Positions 21,050 to 33,273 of a DNA stretch of 35,226 nt are shown in pieces (positions within the stretch are counted from its first letter, which is position 1; each line of letters opens with the position of its first letter). Made by a program: the position numbers and the translations under genes. The notes under the pieces were generated by a model. That model made no database searches, had not been told where the DNA came from, and saw only the letters and a list, made by a program, of their open reading frames with translations. The stretch is from Octopus bimaculoides (taxonomy: Eukaryota): assembly GCF_001194135.2 (NCBI RefSeq), contig NC_068996.1, positions 55,499,916-55,535,141 on the forward strand, read 5' to 3'.

Positions 21050-21490
21050 TATCGCCCTTAATAGTTTACTGCTACTTTATTTTATCGATCCCGAGAGGAT
21101 GATACAAAGTAAATGAATGCGTGAAGACATTAGATCTACATCGTGTATATAGAAAGAGACTCGATAGAAATTTTTCTAGAAAACATGGGAGATGACGGCA
21201 TTGAGTTTGGTCGGTACTGCCAGCGCACGTGGACGAAGAGTTGTTCTTGTGTGAGACGCTAGAGCAAACGCAATAGAACCAAGTCGGGAGTTATTAGAGA
21301 AACGAAATGAAGGAACTCAATTAAACATGGCCGCAGCCACATTATATAAGTGACAATTGGACGTAGTAAAGGGAGCCTGTTTATTCTGCCAATCGCAGAC
21401 CGAATAGAGCTGTGAATTTACTGTGTCGTTTGAACCTACCTGAGATTAAAAATGTATGTGTTAACCTAATGCTAGTACAGACATGCAACA
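21050..21490 (-). mobile_element. Possible LTR-like fragment
   Basis: Minus strand starts TGTTGCATG, with TTATATAA (~21350) followed by a pyrimidine-rich segment and AATAAA (~21080). The latter overlaps a Deu/Nin-like snippet. Confidence 0.25.
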
Positions 21491-21649
21491 ATGTAATCAA
21501 AATATCGTCCACTGTACAAACTTTCGTATTTTCTTCCGAGTCGTCGCAGTCGTACAATTATGTAACAATTGAATTGAATCAGTAATTTATATACACTATC
21601 TTCTATCAGTTTATTTCAATACATCAAAAAATTATGTACTTATTCCATC

Positions 21650-22125
21650 TCAAGTTTTATTGCATTTATGATATTAACAAAGTTTAAAGTTCTCGCTGAG
21701 CAATTTTATTCCGAGCACCATTTTACATATTCTTCCTTACGATCAGCACAACACTTCATAAACAAACGATCATATTTGTGGTATGATTTAGTTTTATCAA
21801 TAGTTTTAATAACAATACCACATGAATGACGCAATATTGGTCGTCTGTGAACATTGCAATGTGTTTCAGGACATATTCTCTTCCAGGACATATTCTCTTC
21901 CAGGACATATTCTTTTCAAATGTACTACGAGGTATTTATGTCTCACTACCATTCAAATCACATCGTCAGCTGCAATCGATATCAAATTTTCCAATGGAAT
22001 TTATTTTATTTTCATGAAATCAAAATCTTAAAGCAATAAATATAGATTTTCCCCCAATTGTTGTCAGTTTCTATTTTTGCAAATAATATATTCTCGTTTC
22101 AATCTGCAGTTGTCATTTAAAATAC
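21650..22125 (-). mobile_element. hAT (Buster/Charlie-type) transposase fragment
   Basis: LFAKIETD, IPLENLISIAADD (cf. IPLENI.S.ATDGA), MVVRHK...HLKRICPE, HCNVHR (CxxH), VIKTIDKTKS...DRLF. Confidence 0.75.
21867..21917 (+). repeat. 17-bp tandem triplication CAGGACATATTCTCTTC
   Basis: Two perfect copies plus one with a single mismatch. Confidence 0.95.
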
Positions 22126-22223
22126 CATTCAAACACATTGAGAAGGACTTTGTTATTGACAACTGTGTATTCATTAACTTTTAAATCTTTTATCTTTCAC
22201 TATATCAGTCATTGGGCTGTGGC

Positions 22224-22370
22224 CAGGGCCGGATTTATAGAGGATCGAAGAGGGCAGTTGCTCCAGGCATCCACAGATATAGGGCCTTCCTGCCATGAAG
22301 GGCATGCAGCACTCAATATAGGGAGCTCCCACCTCTCAGCAATCTTGCATGCAGAGGCTTTCTTGCAATA
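22224..22370 (+). mobile_element. Solo hAT-type terminus
   Basis: CAGGGCCGGATTTA followed by GC-rich GGGC motifs, typical of hAT MITE ends. No partner TIR seen. Confidence 0.4.
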
Positions 22371-22589
22371 AACAAACATATTGTGAAAAATGTAATGAAC
22401 CCTCTTTTTTTTTTTTTGATAAATAACCAGTTTTGACTACGTTAGTGACATCAATTCATTCAATTGAAAAACACTTTGTTACCCATTCCAAAAACAGCCA
22501 CGATTCCCATGGAAATTAATTATAGTTCCTTTTGAGACATTGACAGAAAGCAACAAAGACTCAAAAGAATCCATGTATGTATCTGTGAA

Positions 22590-22877
<288 letters not shown>

Positions 22878-23749
22878 TAGGCATACACGTATATTACCAT
22901 TGTAAACTTCATTATTGCAGTGAGATATTGAAAAGTGGTTTTATTTTAGGAAAGAGCAAGTAAGTATTGTATATGTGTTCCAAAGTTTAAATTTTGAATT
23001 TAGTATTAATTATAAAATTACGTCTCTCTACAGCTCAAAGCATTTTTTTTTCAGCCTTAGAATTACCACAATTTCGAGCACCATTTTACAATCTTAAAGA
23101 AATTTTTTTAATGTATCATATAGATGTAATAGTGTGATGCCGAATCCGAATTTGTTATCCATTTATTCCAGAAAAATTTTGCAAAAATGTTACAGGTATT
23201 CAAAATTTGATAATTTTCAGAATTTTCATCCAATCAGAAAACAGTGTGTTTGCTGCCTCTTGTCTGAAAACATATCACAGTAGCAAGAAGGAGGTGGGCA
23301 CCGGCTAGTCAAAACATTAAACTAGCTATAGTAAACAGTGAAAAAAAAAAAAAGAGTTGCAAGCACATTAAATATTTAAAAGTAACGAGCAAACCAACAG
23401 GAGTTGCTAGAAATAACAGTCGAAACATTAAAATATACACGAGCAAATTAAAGTTTTAAAAGCTATAAGCAAACCAATATGAGTTGCTAGAAATAAGAGT
23501 CAAAATATTGCTTAAAACAGACATTAGTTAAAAATTCAAGAACGAAAGTTTGCAGTAGGCTCTAGGATTTTATAAAAGAAATTATCATTTTCATATCTTC
23601 TTCTCCACGTAAATTCCCAAAGATAAGAGTCAACCATTTAACGGTGTGTCCGACATTGGCGTTTGTTTCCACACTTCAAAGATACCCGTGTACTCTCAAC
23701 CTTCTGATTACAATCAATTTGGTGGCTACACTCCTTGTGTGCATGCACA

Positions 23750-24010
23750 GCATCTTTGGTTACTATGGAAACAGAGTTCTTCCCAATCAGCTATGGAACA
23801 TGTGGTGCTTCTTTGCTTATTATGCTAACAGAACTTCACGGTGATGTATAAAATACTTGCTTCTCATTGGCTAAAATTTCCAAATTTTAAAGGCTAAATA
23901 CTTTTTAATTATGAATTTATAGCAAAAATGAATTTCAATTTCATAATTAGTATACAAAACTTAATCCATTTACCAAATTTGAAAACAATTGGAAAAGAAT
24001 TGTAGACAGT
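23750..24010 (+). repeat. Dispersed repeat family, copy 2
   Basis: GTTACTATGGAAA and ATTGGCTAAAATTTCCAAATTTTAAAGGCTAA blocks are shared with 420-650. Confidence 0.55.
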
Positions 24011-24124
24011 GATGATAACCACAAAGATCATTTTAAGCTCATGTATTTTCATTAAATCGAATCTTTTTCTTTCTTTCTTTTTCACTACTTTTCATCATTT
24101 TGTCAAATACTTGAAATAACTGCA

Positions 24125-25240
24125 GGGAAGTGGGGCAAAATTAGTTATTACCAATTTCACATTATTTTCTCAGTAATTGTCTAAAAACATTACATTGCAA
24201 GAATTGCATCACCATTTTGTGCTTTTGCATCACCTTTGGGAGTAAACATCGGTCACCATTGTTGCTGCTGCACTTTGAAACCGTCAGGTAACAGGTATTT
24301 CGTTTTCAAGAAATTTTCTCAGTTGTAATTGAGGTTGCTAATAAAATATCTGGACAGTTTTGCATGTTCAACAATCCAAATTCTTTCCTCTGTTGGGTTC
24401 CAAGTCAATTTTTTTCCCACAATAGTGTCTAATTTGATAATTTTTAATTTTCAAAAACTGATGTCTAAACCGGGGCAAAATGAGTAATGACTAATTTCAG
24501 TAATTTTTTCTCTTTAACTGCATGGTACATAAATGTATCAGGAAGGAAGCCAGGTGGAATTCTGCTTTAAGTGCCCTATATAAAAATATAAAAAACAGTA
24601 CCCCATATAAAAATCTCATAACTTTTTCTAGTTTTTGGAATTTTCAGAAACTTTTTGCAAATTTGTATTCTATAGATAGGAGTTTATACGACTATGTAAA
24701 AAAAAGAAGTTTTTTGTGTCTGATTTAAGGGCTATTGAGCTGTTACCTTTAGCACATCCCACGACCACCTGATGCCTTCCTTGTTTCTTTGTCACTCTGA
24801 CGTATTGATGTTTTTCAATATCTTTCTCCCCATAAGCATGTTTAATAGTCTATTGCTGGAATTGAAGCCAAAATTTAGGATTGTCTCTAATTAAAAAAAC
24901 AAAAATTCAGAAAATTTAAAAAAAAATTGTTTTCATTGTTGTATGTATGAATCCTCGTGTGTTTTGAGAATTCCAAAAAATTTTAAAGTTTTGAGGGTTT
25001 CTATGAGATGCTTAAACCAGAATTCTGTAGAGAACCACTCCAGCAGATTGTGAAGAAGCCATAGAAAATATTTTATGCTGATTTCTTTTTTTTTTTTTTA
25101 TTTAGTCAAGTTTTGTTAATTTCATATTATGCCATTTTTCCCATGATTCCTTTTCATTTGACCAAGAGTTTTTTTTTTCAAATGTAATTCTGGAGAATTG
25201 AGGAGTCAAATTTACCTTATCTTATCTTACTCATTTTGGC
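24125..25240. mobile_element. Possible pogo-like DNA transposon relic
   Basis: GGGGCAAAAT(T/G)AGT at 24132 and 24472, and inverted CCAAAATGAGTAA at 25227-25239. No transposase motif recognised. Confidence 0.25.
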
Positions 25241-25254
25241 TTATCTAAATTTGT

Positions 25255-26300
25255 CTTTTATATAAGCTCAATATTCAATATTGGGAGATGACTTTTTTCT
25301 CCAAGTTCGTTATCCATTACAACATGAACTTTATCAAGGATATGATGCTGACAACCAATAAACTGCTGTTCTTTCAAAGTCTTTTGAGCAAACAGTCTTT
25401 GCAACTGAATGACAATGTCATTTCTTTTCCCAATATTCACACTCGTTGTATCAGCGACAATCATCTTTACACGGTCCCATAAATTCTAAAACAGCTGTTA
25501 TTCCTTTCACAGCAGTATCGGCGTTTCCGTTTTTAGTAATTGGAGTGCTTCTAACTTAGCTTCTCTCTGTTCATTATTTAAAATTAGCACTTGGTATTCT
25601 TGGTCATCAATACGTTTACCAACAAAATGCAATTACCAGTTTTCTAAATGTAATGTTTTATTCATTTTCTTTTTAAGTTCAACAGCTTCTTTGATGGTCG
25701 ATCTGTAAATATCAGATTGGAAAGAAGTCTCGACATTCATTCCATCTTGAGATAATTGTCGATAAACTGTTTTGCCGAGTTTGGAAGATATTACTAACTT
25801 GGTTGCAGCTCTAATTTTGCTATACTTCCTCCTTGTTTGCGTGAATTCTTCATTTGATTTTTCGGACTCTTGATATTCACTTTCAGTCTCTGCTTCAGAC
25901 GTTGACGATGACACCGGAGTTGCTGTGGTTGAAGTTGGCATTAAGGACACTTTTCTTCTTTTGGATGAATGGATAGTTTTGGAACTGGCTGCCTTTCCAG
26001 TTCCATACCCAAACTGTCTCTTGCCTTCAATTTGAAGATAATATAACCTTCTATCCTCACTGCACACCCGTTTACCGTTTTCCTTTGTGATGTCAAAAAT
26101 TTCTTTCAATGAATCGTATTTTCCTCAGCACTTTTTCTACTTTTGCTTTCACATTTTAAATTGATAAATATGGGAAACTTAATTTCTTTTGCCATAAAAA
26201 AGTTACTTCTTTCGAAATTTCCTTTGTTCTTTCTTTCCTTCCTTTGATGGTACCTCCAAAGAACAAATACCGACCGACAATTTAAAGTTTCATTGGTATC
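25255..26300 (-). mobile_element. hAT-superfamily (hATm-like) transposase relic, N-terminal half
   Basis: EVTFLWQ..L.FP, IFDI...EDRRLYYLQ, LHFVGK (decayed HFDGK, first catalytic D), VADTTSVNIG (second D), FIGCQHHILD (CxxH), SPNIEY. Stops and frameshifts; truncated before the catalytic E. Confidence 0.7.
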
Positions 26301-26689
26301 CTGCAGTTGCTTTCCAAAGAATGCTCTTCTAGAGGAACAAGGAGAGGAAGAGGATATTTCCTAAAGTAGGGGCCAAGTGGTAACTAATTAAAAACTCTAT
26401 AACTCCTAAACTGCTTAAACTTGAAAGCTGAAAATTGAGATATACTGCTTCTGCAGTGTATTAAGTCAGCACACCAAGTTTGGTAAAAACTTGGAGGCAC
26501 TATGAACCCCACTAAAATTTTGCATGATTTGGGTCAAAAGTGGTGTTAGATTTTTTCAGTTGGGAGTAACGTTTTTAAAAAACATTTAAAATAAAGATTA
26601 TTTTCCCTACTTTTAAGAAATTGTTCATCGACTTTTGATGCAGGAATTTTTTTACTTTCAAATAATCAAAAAGTCATAACCCTAATATA

Positions 26690-26828
26690 TATACACACGA
26701 AGGATTTCTTTTACTTTCCGTCAATCAAGTTCACACACAAGGCGTAGGTTGACATGGGGCCATAGTAGAAGACATTTGTCTAAGATGCCGCATGGTTGTA
26801 AAGCAAGTTTCTTGACCACAGTCATGCT
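26690..26828 (-). mobile_element. SINE 5' fragment of the 2926 family with an internal deletion
   Basis: Minus strand CATGACTGTGGTCAAGAAACTTGCTTTACAACCA//TGCGGCATCTTAGACAAATGTCTTCTACTATGGCC...GACGGAAAGTAAAAGAAATCC. Confidence 0.7.
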
Positions 26829-26839
26829 TGAAACTAAAT

Positions 26840-27105
26840 GAGAAACTAAGTTCCTTATGTTCAATCTTTCAACTAATTTTTTTAGAATATTCACAAATAT
26901 TTCACAGTTCTTTATGGCAGACTTTTTAAGTAAGATACACGAAATATCTTCATGTACACACTTCAAGTAAGAGCTTCTTCATATATGATTTTATAACCTT
27001 CTCAATAATTATATCGCTACAGTCATATTTTGGCAACAGTTTTTGCCATGTCGTACGTTACAACGTTGGTCTTATTCAAATCTGCTTTAGCATTTCTTTC
27101 TCTTT
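26840..27105 (-). pseudogene. Possible decayed MIF4G-domain-like reading frame
   Basis: Joining about three frameshifts gives ERNAKADLNK...YD...KLL...IEKVI.IIYEEAL..SVYMKIF...FVNILKK, echoing the MIF4G pattern R.ILNKL...VIDLIFEKA...F..LL. By-eye similarity only. Confidence 0.25.
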
Positions 27106-28037
27106 TTTTTTTACCGCTTAAAATTAGTTTTCAATTATTTTCTAATTATTAACTGTTTCATTAGCTTTATTTGGATGATTACTTTTTAATGATGAAGAAA
27201 TTATGAGAGCTTTTAAAGCTTCATTCGAAAACCTATTTTTATATAAAGGATGCATGTTCATTTTTGTTTTCTTGATAGAGCGTTCTTTCAATAAGACCCT
27301 AATGTAGAGTATTTCCTGTGGTATTAACGTTTTATTTTTCTTTGCTTCGCTTGGCATTAGTTAAAAATCTTATCCTTTCACTAATTGCAACAAAAAGAAA
27401 AATGACAACGATGAACTATTTATAAAATATTTGAAAAATAGAAAGTGGTTCGTTTAGATGTGTCATTCGAAAAAGTGTAATTGTTACACAAAACCCCCAA
27501 CCTTAATTCCACAAGTTTGGTCTTTTTCTTTGAATCTCCAGTTAAAACTATGAAACTAGGATATAATAGCTCTAATAATTGCACTTAGGGTTTTGTTATG
27601 ATGTTAATTATACAAGATGACATTTTATCCCAATTTTGTGAATGATCGGAGTTGTTTTTTAATTAAAAAATTAATGACACTAATTTGGTAGCCTAAACAA
27701 AGCACCAAAAGAACTGTAAAAATAATCAGATTATCATTTTAGTAACAGAAACCTAATTTTGGGTAAAATAACCGCATTTTAGAGAAATAGGTGAATCTTG
27801 CATTCCCCCGCCCCGCTTCTAGCCTTTGCAACATTTTCAAAGGAAAATTGAATTCCTTACTCTTTTACTTGTTTCACTCATTGGATTGAGGCTGTTGTCA
27901 CAAAGCGATCATTAAAAACTCGATTTTTATTCATATGAAGCATTAGCATTAATTGATTAATTTAAGTAGGAAAACGATAACGAAATGATTGTCTCCGTAT
28001 TCGAAACAAGAGGTAAATGCTGCAGTTAAGAAGATCT

Positions 28038-28110
28038 TGGTGCGTGGTCAAGTGGTTAGAATGTTTGGTTTACAATCGCAGCATCGTGGATTTAATTCCT
28101 GTATCGGGCA
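28038..28110 (+). mobile_element. Degenerate tRNA-like SINE head
   Basis: GGTGCGTGGTCAAGTGGTTAG (A box) ... GATTTAATTCCT (decayed B box). Confidence 0.35.
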
Positions 28111-28334
28111 GCACTTTAGTCACATGCGGCTATATGACCGACTCAACCACTTGTGAATGTGAAGCAGATTATATCAGGGAGTAGTGCCTTGTCTGCCTTG
28201 TACTATCAAACTCATGCAGCACAAAAGACCTCGAGGAGTTCTATAAAAATACAAAAAAACACAAACTGTAAGGAATTGGGAAACTGTCATATAACCGTTG
28301 CAGTTCGAAGAACGCAAAGCAGAGTATGACCACG

Positions 28335-28470
28335 ACAGTCAGTGTTACTATCAACACTTCCGCTAACATCAACGTTATCGTCGTTATCTAGGTCATTATC
28401 GTCATCTTCACTTTGGCCATCGTTACCACCACCACCACCACCACCGCCGCCGCCGCCGCCGCCGCCGTCA
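28335..28470. repeat. Trinucleotide low-complexity tract ending in (ACC)n(GCC)n
   Basis: Direct reading. Confidence 0.8.
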
Positions 28471-29039
28471 CCAGGCCTCTTCGAAGATGTGGGGATGAGA
28501 TCTGACTTGCGGACTCAGCCAGAACGACTGCTTTGTCCCTTCCTGTTGGCCACAGTTTCGTAGTTTCCGTTGCAGCTGTCCATGTTACATCTTACAGCCT
28601 TTACAGTGTCCACAGAGCATTGAACAGCAATCATGATGTCGGCATTTTGACACTCGGTGCGAATCATCATATTACAGGTAACTCTTTTCCGATATTCAGA
28701 TGGCTTCCTTAAAGCCGCGAGGAGCTGGCAGAAACGTTAGCACGCCGGGCCAAATGCTTTATGCTATTTTGTCTGTCTTTACGTTCTGAGTTCAAATTAT
28801 ATTGAGGTCGACCTTGCCTTTCATCCTTTCGGGGTTGATGAATTAAGTACCTGTTGCGCACTGGGGTCGATCTAATCGACTGGCCACATGGCTTCCAATC
28901 CTCCATGTCAGCAAACTTTTTCACAACTACAACTTTAATCTTTATGCTCTCCTACACCATGGATAGTTCATTAATATATCAAGCTGTTTCTAGAAAAGGA
29001 AATCACAAAAAAATCACTAAATTTATCCAGAACATCCTG
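28470..29039 (-). mobile_element. Tc1/mariner (maT/DD37D-like) transposon 5' end, interrupted by a SINE
   Basis: TA|CAGGATGTTCTGGATAAATT terminus at 29039. Removing the SINE restores MEDWKPSEYRKRVTCNMMIRTECQNADIMIAVQCSVDTVKAVR..., an HTH-like N-terminus. The catalytic domain is absent, so the subfamily is inferred. Confidence 0.6.
28709..28887 (+). mobile_element. tRNA-derived SINE with Deu/Nin-like domain and 9-bp TSD
   Basis: GAGCTGGCAGAAACGTTAGCAC...GAGTTCAAAT...CCTTTCATCCTTTCGGGGTTGATGAATTAAGTACC. TSD ATGGCTTCC at 28700-28708 and 28888-28896. Confidence 0.85.
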
Positions 29040-29072
29040 TATGTATACATTTATATAATACACATCAGTGAC

Positions 29073-30292
29073 TAGGAGGATGGGCGGCAATGTTCCTAGG
29101 TTGACTATGAAGGAGTGGTGCTAGAGCTGTGAACTATTGCATGCGTTAATCTCAACCTTTTCTTATATTAATAACTGCGTTGTTTCTCTCTTGGTTGATT
29201 GGCACCTGCCTGTTCAATGAAGACTTCAAACATAACTAGTAGCAACTTCTTGCGAAAATGGACAAAATTTGGTATCGTGGTTGTTACATTAGGAGATGGA
29301 CACCTCAGCTTTATCAACAGTGCAAATGTGGGCAGCTGACTTTAGGAGGGGAAGGAAGAGTCTTGAAGATGACCCACAGACTGGACGTCCTGCAACTGCC
29401 ACCTCCGAGGAAAACAATGATTGTGTTCACTACAAGGTGACCGATGACAGGTGATTTACTATAAATCAAATAATCAATGCTATTACCATATTCTATGAGA
29501 GTTGAGAATATTCTGCACACTGAAGTTGGAATGACGAAAGTTTCTGTTCGGTGGATGCCACACCTTCTGACACATGATCAAAAGTGCACCAGGCTGTTCA
29601 AGTCACGAGAAAATCTGACGTTGTTTGAGGCAAATCCAGCTGATTTCCTTGAACTGTTCCTAACTCAATATGAGTGTTAGGTTCATCACTTTGAGCCAGA
29701 GACAAAGAGAAATCTATGTATTAGAAACACCCCTCCTCACCTGCTCTAAAGAAGATCAGGGTTGTTTCATCTGCAGAGAAGGTGAAGGCCTTAGTTTTTT
29801 GGGATATAACAGGCATCGTGTTTATTGACTATCTTCAAAAGGACCACACCCTCAATGGAGAGTACTTGCTGAGGCAGTTATAAAAGGCTATCAAGACCAA
29901 ATGGTCAGGAAAGCTGACGAAAGGTGTCTTATTTTGCCAGGAGAATACTCCAACATACAAGTCCTTGCTTTCAATGGCTGTTGTGCACGACTGAGGCTTT
30001 GAACTGGTTGATCAGCTTCCATATTCCCCTGATTTGGCCCCATCTGACTATCATCTGTTTTTCAACATGAAAAAAACACTTGACTGGGAACCAGTATCGC
30101 TGTGTTGATGAGGTAATTTCTGATGTTGGTTATTTTTTTACCAACAAGACGAAAGTTTCTTCGCCAATGGGATCTAAGCACTACAATACCGATAGACCAC
30201 AAAGGGCACTATGTTGAAAAATAAAACTTCATTTAGTCACATTCCGTGAGAGTATCTTGGTCAGCCAATAAACTTTTCAGCCGTCCCTCGTA
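29073..30292 (+). mobile_element. Mariner-like element (D34D), near full length, inactive
   Basis: WMPHLLT (29552), FLTQYEC*VHHFEPETK (first D to Y), QENTPTY (second D to E), and YSPDLAPSDYHLF with exactly 34 residues between the second and third acidic positions. The right TIR ...CAGCCGTCCCTCG|TA is intact; the left TIR is degenerate. Confidence 0.92.
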
Positions 30293-30340
30293 TATCATTG
30301 AAATTTTATTTTCTTCATCAATTTCATTAAGTATTTTCAT

Positions 30341-30406
30341 TAAATTTCTTAAGTTTTTCTAATAAATTTCTTAAGTTTTTCTAATAAATTTCTTAAGTTT
30401 TTCTAA
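30341..30406 (+). repeat. 22-bp perfect tandem repeat x3 (TAAATTTCTTAAGTTTTTCTAA)
   Basis: Direct reading. Confidence 0.95.
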
Positions 30407-31224
30407 TAAAAAAAAGCAGTTATAACACAAAAGAACAAAGGGATTATTTATAAATCAAGAATTTTTCTTATTCATTTTTCAGTTTTAGTTTTATTTTAGT
30501 AATTTACATGATGGGGGTCGATTCTACCAAAGGGTCAATGGCATTATAAGTTTGTCGACTCCTGATGCAAGATATAGCATTGTAGATGAAGCGCCTGTAC
30601 GAGTGATTAATTATCGATGACTCGTCTGTGAGTCTGCTTTCGTCGAACAGTTAGGAGGTCAAGTACAAAAGGCGGAACTATAGATTTTAGCCTTATTTTT
30701 AAAGTAGAAGTGTCAGATTGAAGCTGTTTTCTTCTTCTTTCTAACGAAACTTTCAGTGTTTAACCGCGATAACATTTCAAATGGAAGCCAAAGTCGAGGA
30801 AAGTCCAGGGTTTTAATAAATGTTATGAAAAGTGGATGGATGTGAATTCACGTAGCCAGGCGGCTCATCGTGCTCGTTTCGTTCACAATCTGACGACAGC
30901 AGGAAGAAGATGCTTTTTCCTATGGGCACAGTCAGTACTTTGTAAGGGTGTCATATTTTCTAGGTCCGTGTCCCTTGTTCTTGGTGTGCGTGCGTGCGTG
31001 CATGCGTGTGTATGTGTATTTTACATATAAACTGTATTTTCATAACTGCAAATTGCGTGTTTGTATGCTTATCTCTGTCTCACTGTCTGTTTGCCCTCCC
31101 TGTTTTTTTTCTTTTTCATAGCATCTCAAATTCGGTAACCCCAAATATTCTATTTCGGAAATGACCTGGAGGAATGGTTCTGTGGTATTCTGTTTCCACG
31201 GTATCTCTAAATAACCGAACTCGT

Positions 31225-31234
31225 GAAATATCTA

Positions 31235-31279
<45 letters not shown>

Positions 31280-31355
31280 ACATAAATAATATATATATAT
31301 GTATATGTACATGCATATATGTACATACTTACATACGTATGTATATATATATGAT
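31225..31355. repeat. (TA)n / TATG microsatellite
   Basis: Direct reading. Confidence 0.9.
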
Positions 31356-31579
31356 ATATGGGTACAGGACGTCACAGATGACATTAATTTATTTTAAAAA
31401 ATTATGAAATCAACAAATGGCGACGTGTATCCCCCACCCGCCGCCAAAAAATGTAGGGGGTGGGGAAGAGGTTAGCGAGAAAAAGAGCAAAGAAAGAAGG
31501 TGGGAGAGGAAAGGATGGGTGGTCGGAAACTCTTCTTCAAGATTATTAACGATTACTTCCTCTCCCCTGGTCAGGAAAT

Positions 31580-32025
31580 ACAATATTTAACAACAACAAC
31601 AACGGCAAACACCCCCGCATCCCCGCCGTCATCGTAAAATCCGAGCATGACAGCAACATCCGCACCGACTAAAACAGCAACAACGTTGCTAGTGTGCCCA
31701 GTAGCAACAAAAGCAAAGAAATTGACAATATGAACAATTACAACAACAAGCTTCACCACCACCTACAATAACAATAACAAGGACGCGGACGACGACGAAG
31801 ACGGCCGGGGCGGAGGCGGCGGAGGCGGCGGTGGCGGCAGCGACAAAGGCTACCCAACAGTATCGACTACGAGTGTCAAGCAAGTAGCAACTGCAACCCC
31901 GTCCAGCAACAAACGTCAATGTTAACATCGGGAATAAATATGATATTGACAAGATCAACAACAACAACAACAACAACAACAGCAGTAACAGCAACAACAA
32001 CAACAACAAACACAGCAGATTAAAA
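31580..32025. repeat. Trinucleotide-periodic low-complexity region (AAC, GAC, GGC)
   Basis: Direct reading. All plus-strand frames are interrupted by stops. Confidence 0.75.
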
Positions 32026-32165
32026 CGCTGACAACCAATAAAAAAGACATAAGGTACAGATATATCAAATATACAACATAAATTCATGATTTATTAAAAT
32101 TCTTGTCTGTAGAGGATGTATCATAACTACCGAAATGGCAATTATGACCGATTCCACTTGAGAAG

Positions 32166-32291
32166 GAGAGATAAACTCAAGAATCAAGAATTCTTCAAAA
32201 TGAATATGCCATTAAGGAAAAGGTGCCATTTGGTAACTAGGTTACAATCTCTATTCAAATACGTATTATTGCGTTCTTTGAGTTATCTCTC
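32166..32291. mobile_element. Small degenerate inverted-repeat element
   Basis: GAGAGATAAACTCAAGAA versus the reverse complement of TTCTTTGAGTTATCTCTC. Confidence 0.45.
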
Positions 32292-33118
32292 TTTGATCCG
32301 TATTGTATGAATTATGCCAATTAGCTGGGCTGTAAATGAATTTTAGTCTCTTTTTGTATAAATCTAAGTCCCTTGGTGAGTGGAAATAAAGTTTAACAAT
32401 TGCTGTGCTGATGACGATTATTAAGCCAGAAACATGTCCCCACAACAGCCAGCTTATCTTCGGACAATAAATCTGTCTTTTTCCTTAATGACATGTCAAC
32501 ACTGGAGGATTTTTGAGCGTCCCTTTGGCGTGCCTCTTCCTGCAATATCTATAGTCTCCTTACTAAAACCCCAGTTGTTTTGTGACCTTTCATGGCATAA
32601 TTTATTATCTTTGCTTACCTTTTTTTTTTACTTGTATGACTTGAAGACTCGTGAGTCTTCTTACTTTTTTGTACCCTTTTTATCTGAGGGTGCTTACATT
32701 CATTTTTCCCCCCTTTTCACCTGAGAGCTCCTATCTGTGCTTACCCTTTTCCCCCTCTTTTGACAAGAGGACTCCTGACTGAGCTCTGTAAAAGAGCAAT
32801 CAACTAACTCTCTCATTAGTATCCTCCTGCTGAAATTGAAGCCGATAGCATCAGCCAAACTCATTTTACTTTCTATAACATTGTTAAAAAATTTCAATAG
32901 ACGTGTTATTTTGACAGAGGAAACAACAATCTTATGATAAAACAATGTTATGGATAACAACACAAGAAGCAAACCCTTGTGGAGTGTGGGCTGTAATACA
33001 CAAGGAAAACGAAAGCATGACAAAATTTGGGGAATACAAGCCTGTACTTCGTTGTCTTCAGAAGGGCTACTAAACATCACGTTCTGTTCGGAAAGGGAAC
33101 ATTTTTTTTTTTATTATA

Positions 33119-33257
33119 CAGACACCAAGAAACAAATTCGTATGAAATTTTAGAGTTGATATCCTTTTTTGTAATGGTAACTTCTTACCACACAGCGACC
33201 CATTACAAAAAAGATATCAACTCTAAAATTTCATACGAATCTGTTTCTTGGTGTCTG
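33119..33257. mobile_element. 139-bp MITE with ~60-bp TIRs and TA TSD (Tc1/mariner-type)
   Basis: TA|CAGACACCAAGAAACA...TGTAATGG / CCATTACA...TGTTTCTTGGTGTCTG|TA, near perfect. Confidence 0.9.
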
Positions 33258-33273
33258 TAGAGTTTATATAAAA

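Noticed and set aside
32430-33080. 126-aa minus-strand ORF, possibly a piggyBac C-terminus
   Set aside because: Only vague similarity (F.RR.L..L, KRG); no DDD or Cys-rich motif could be reconstructed.
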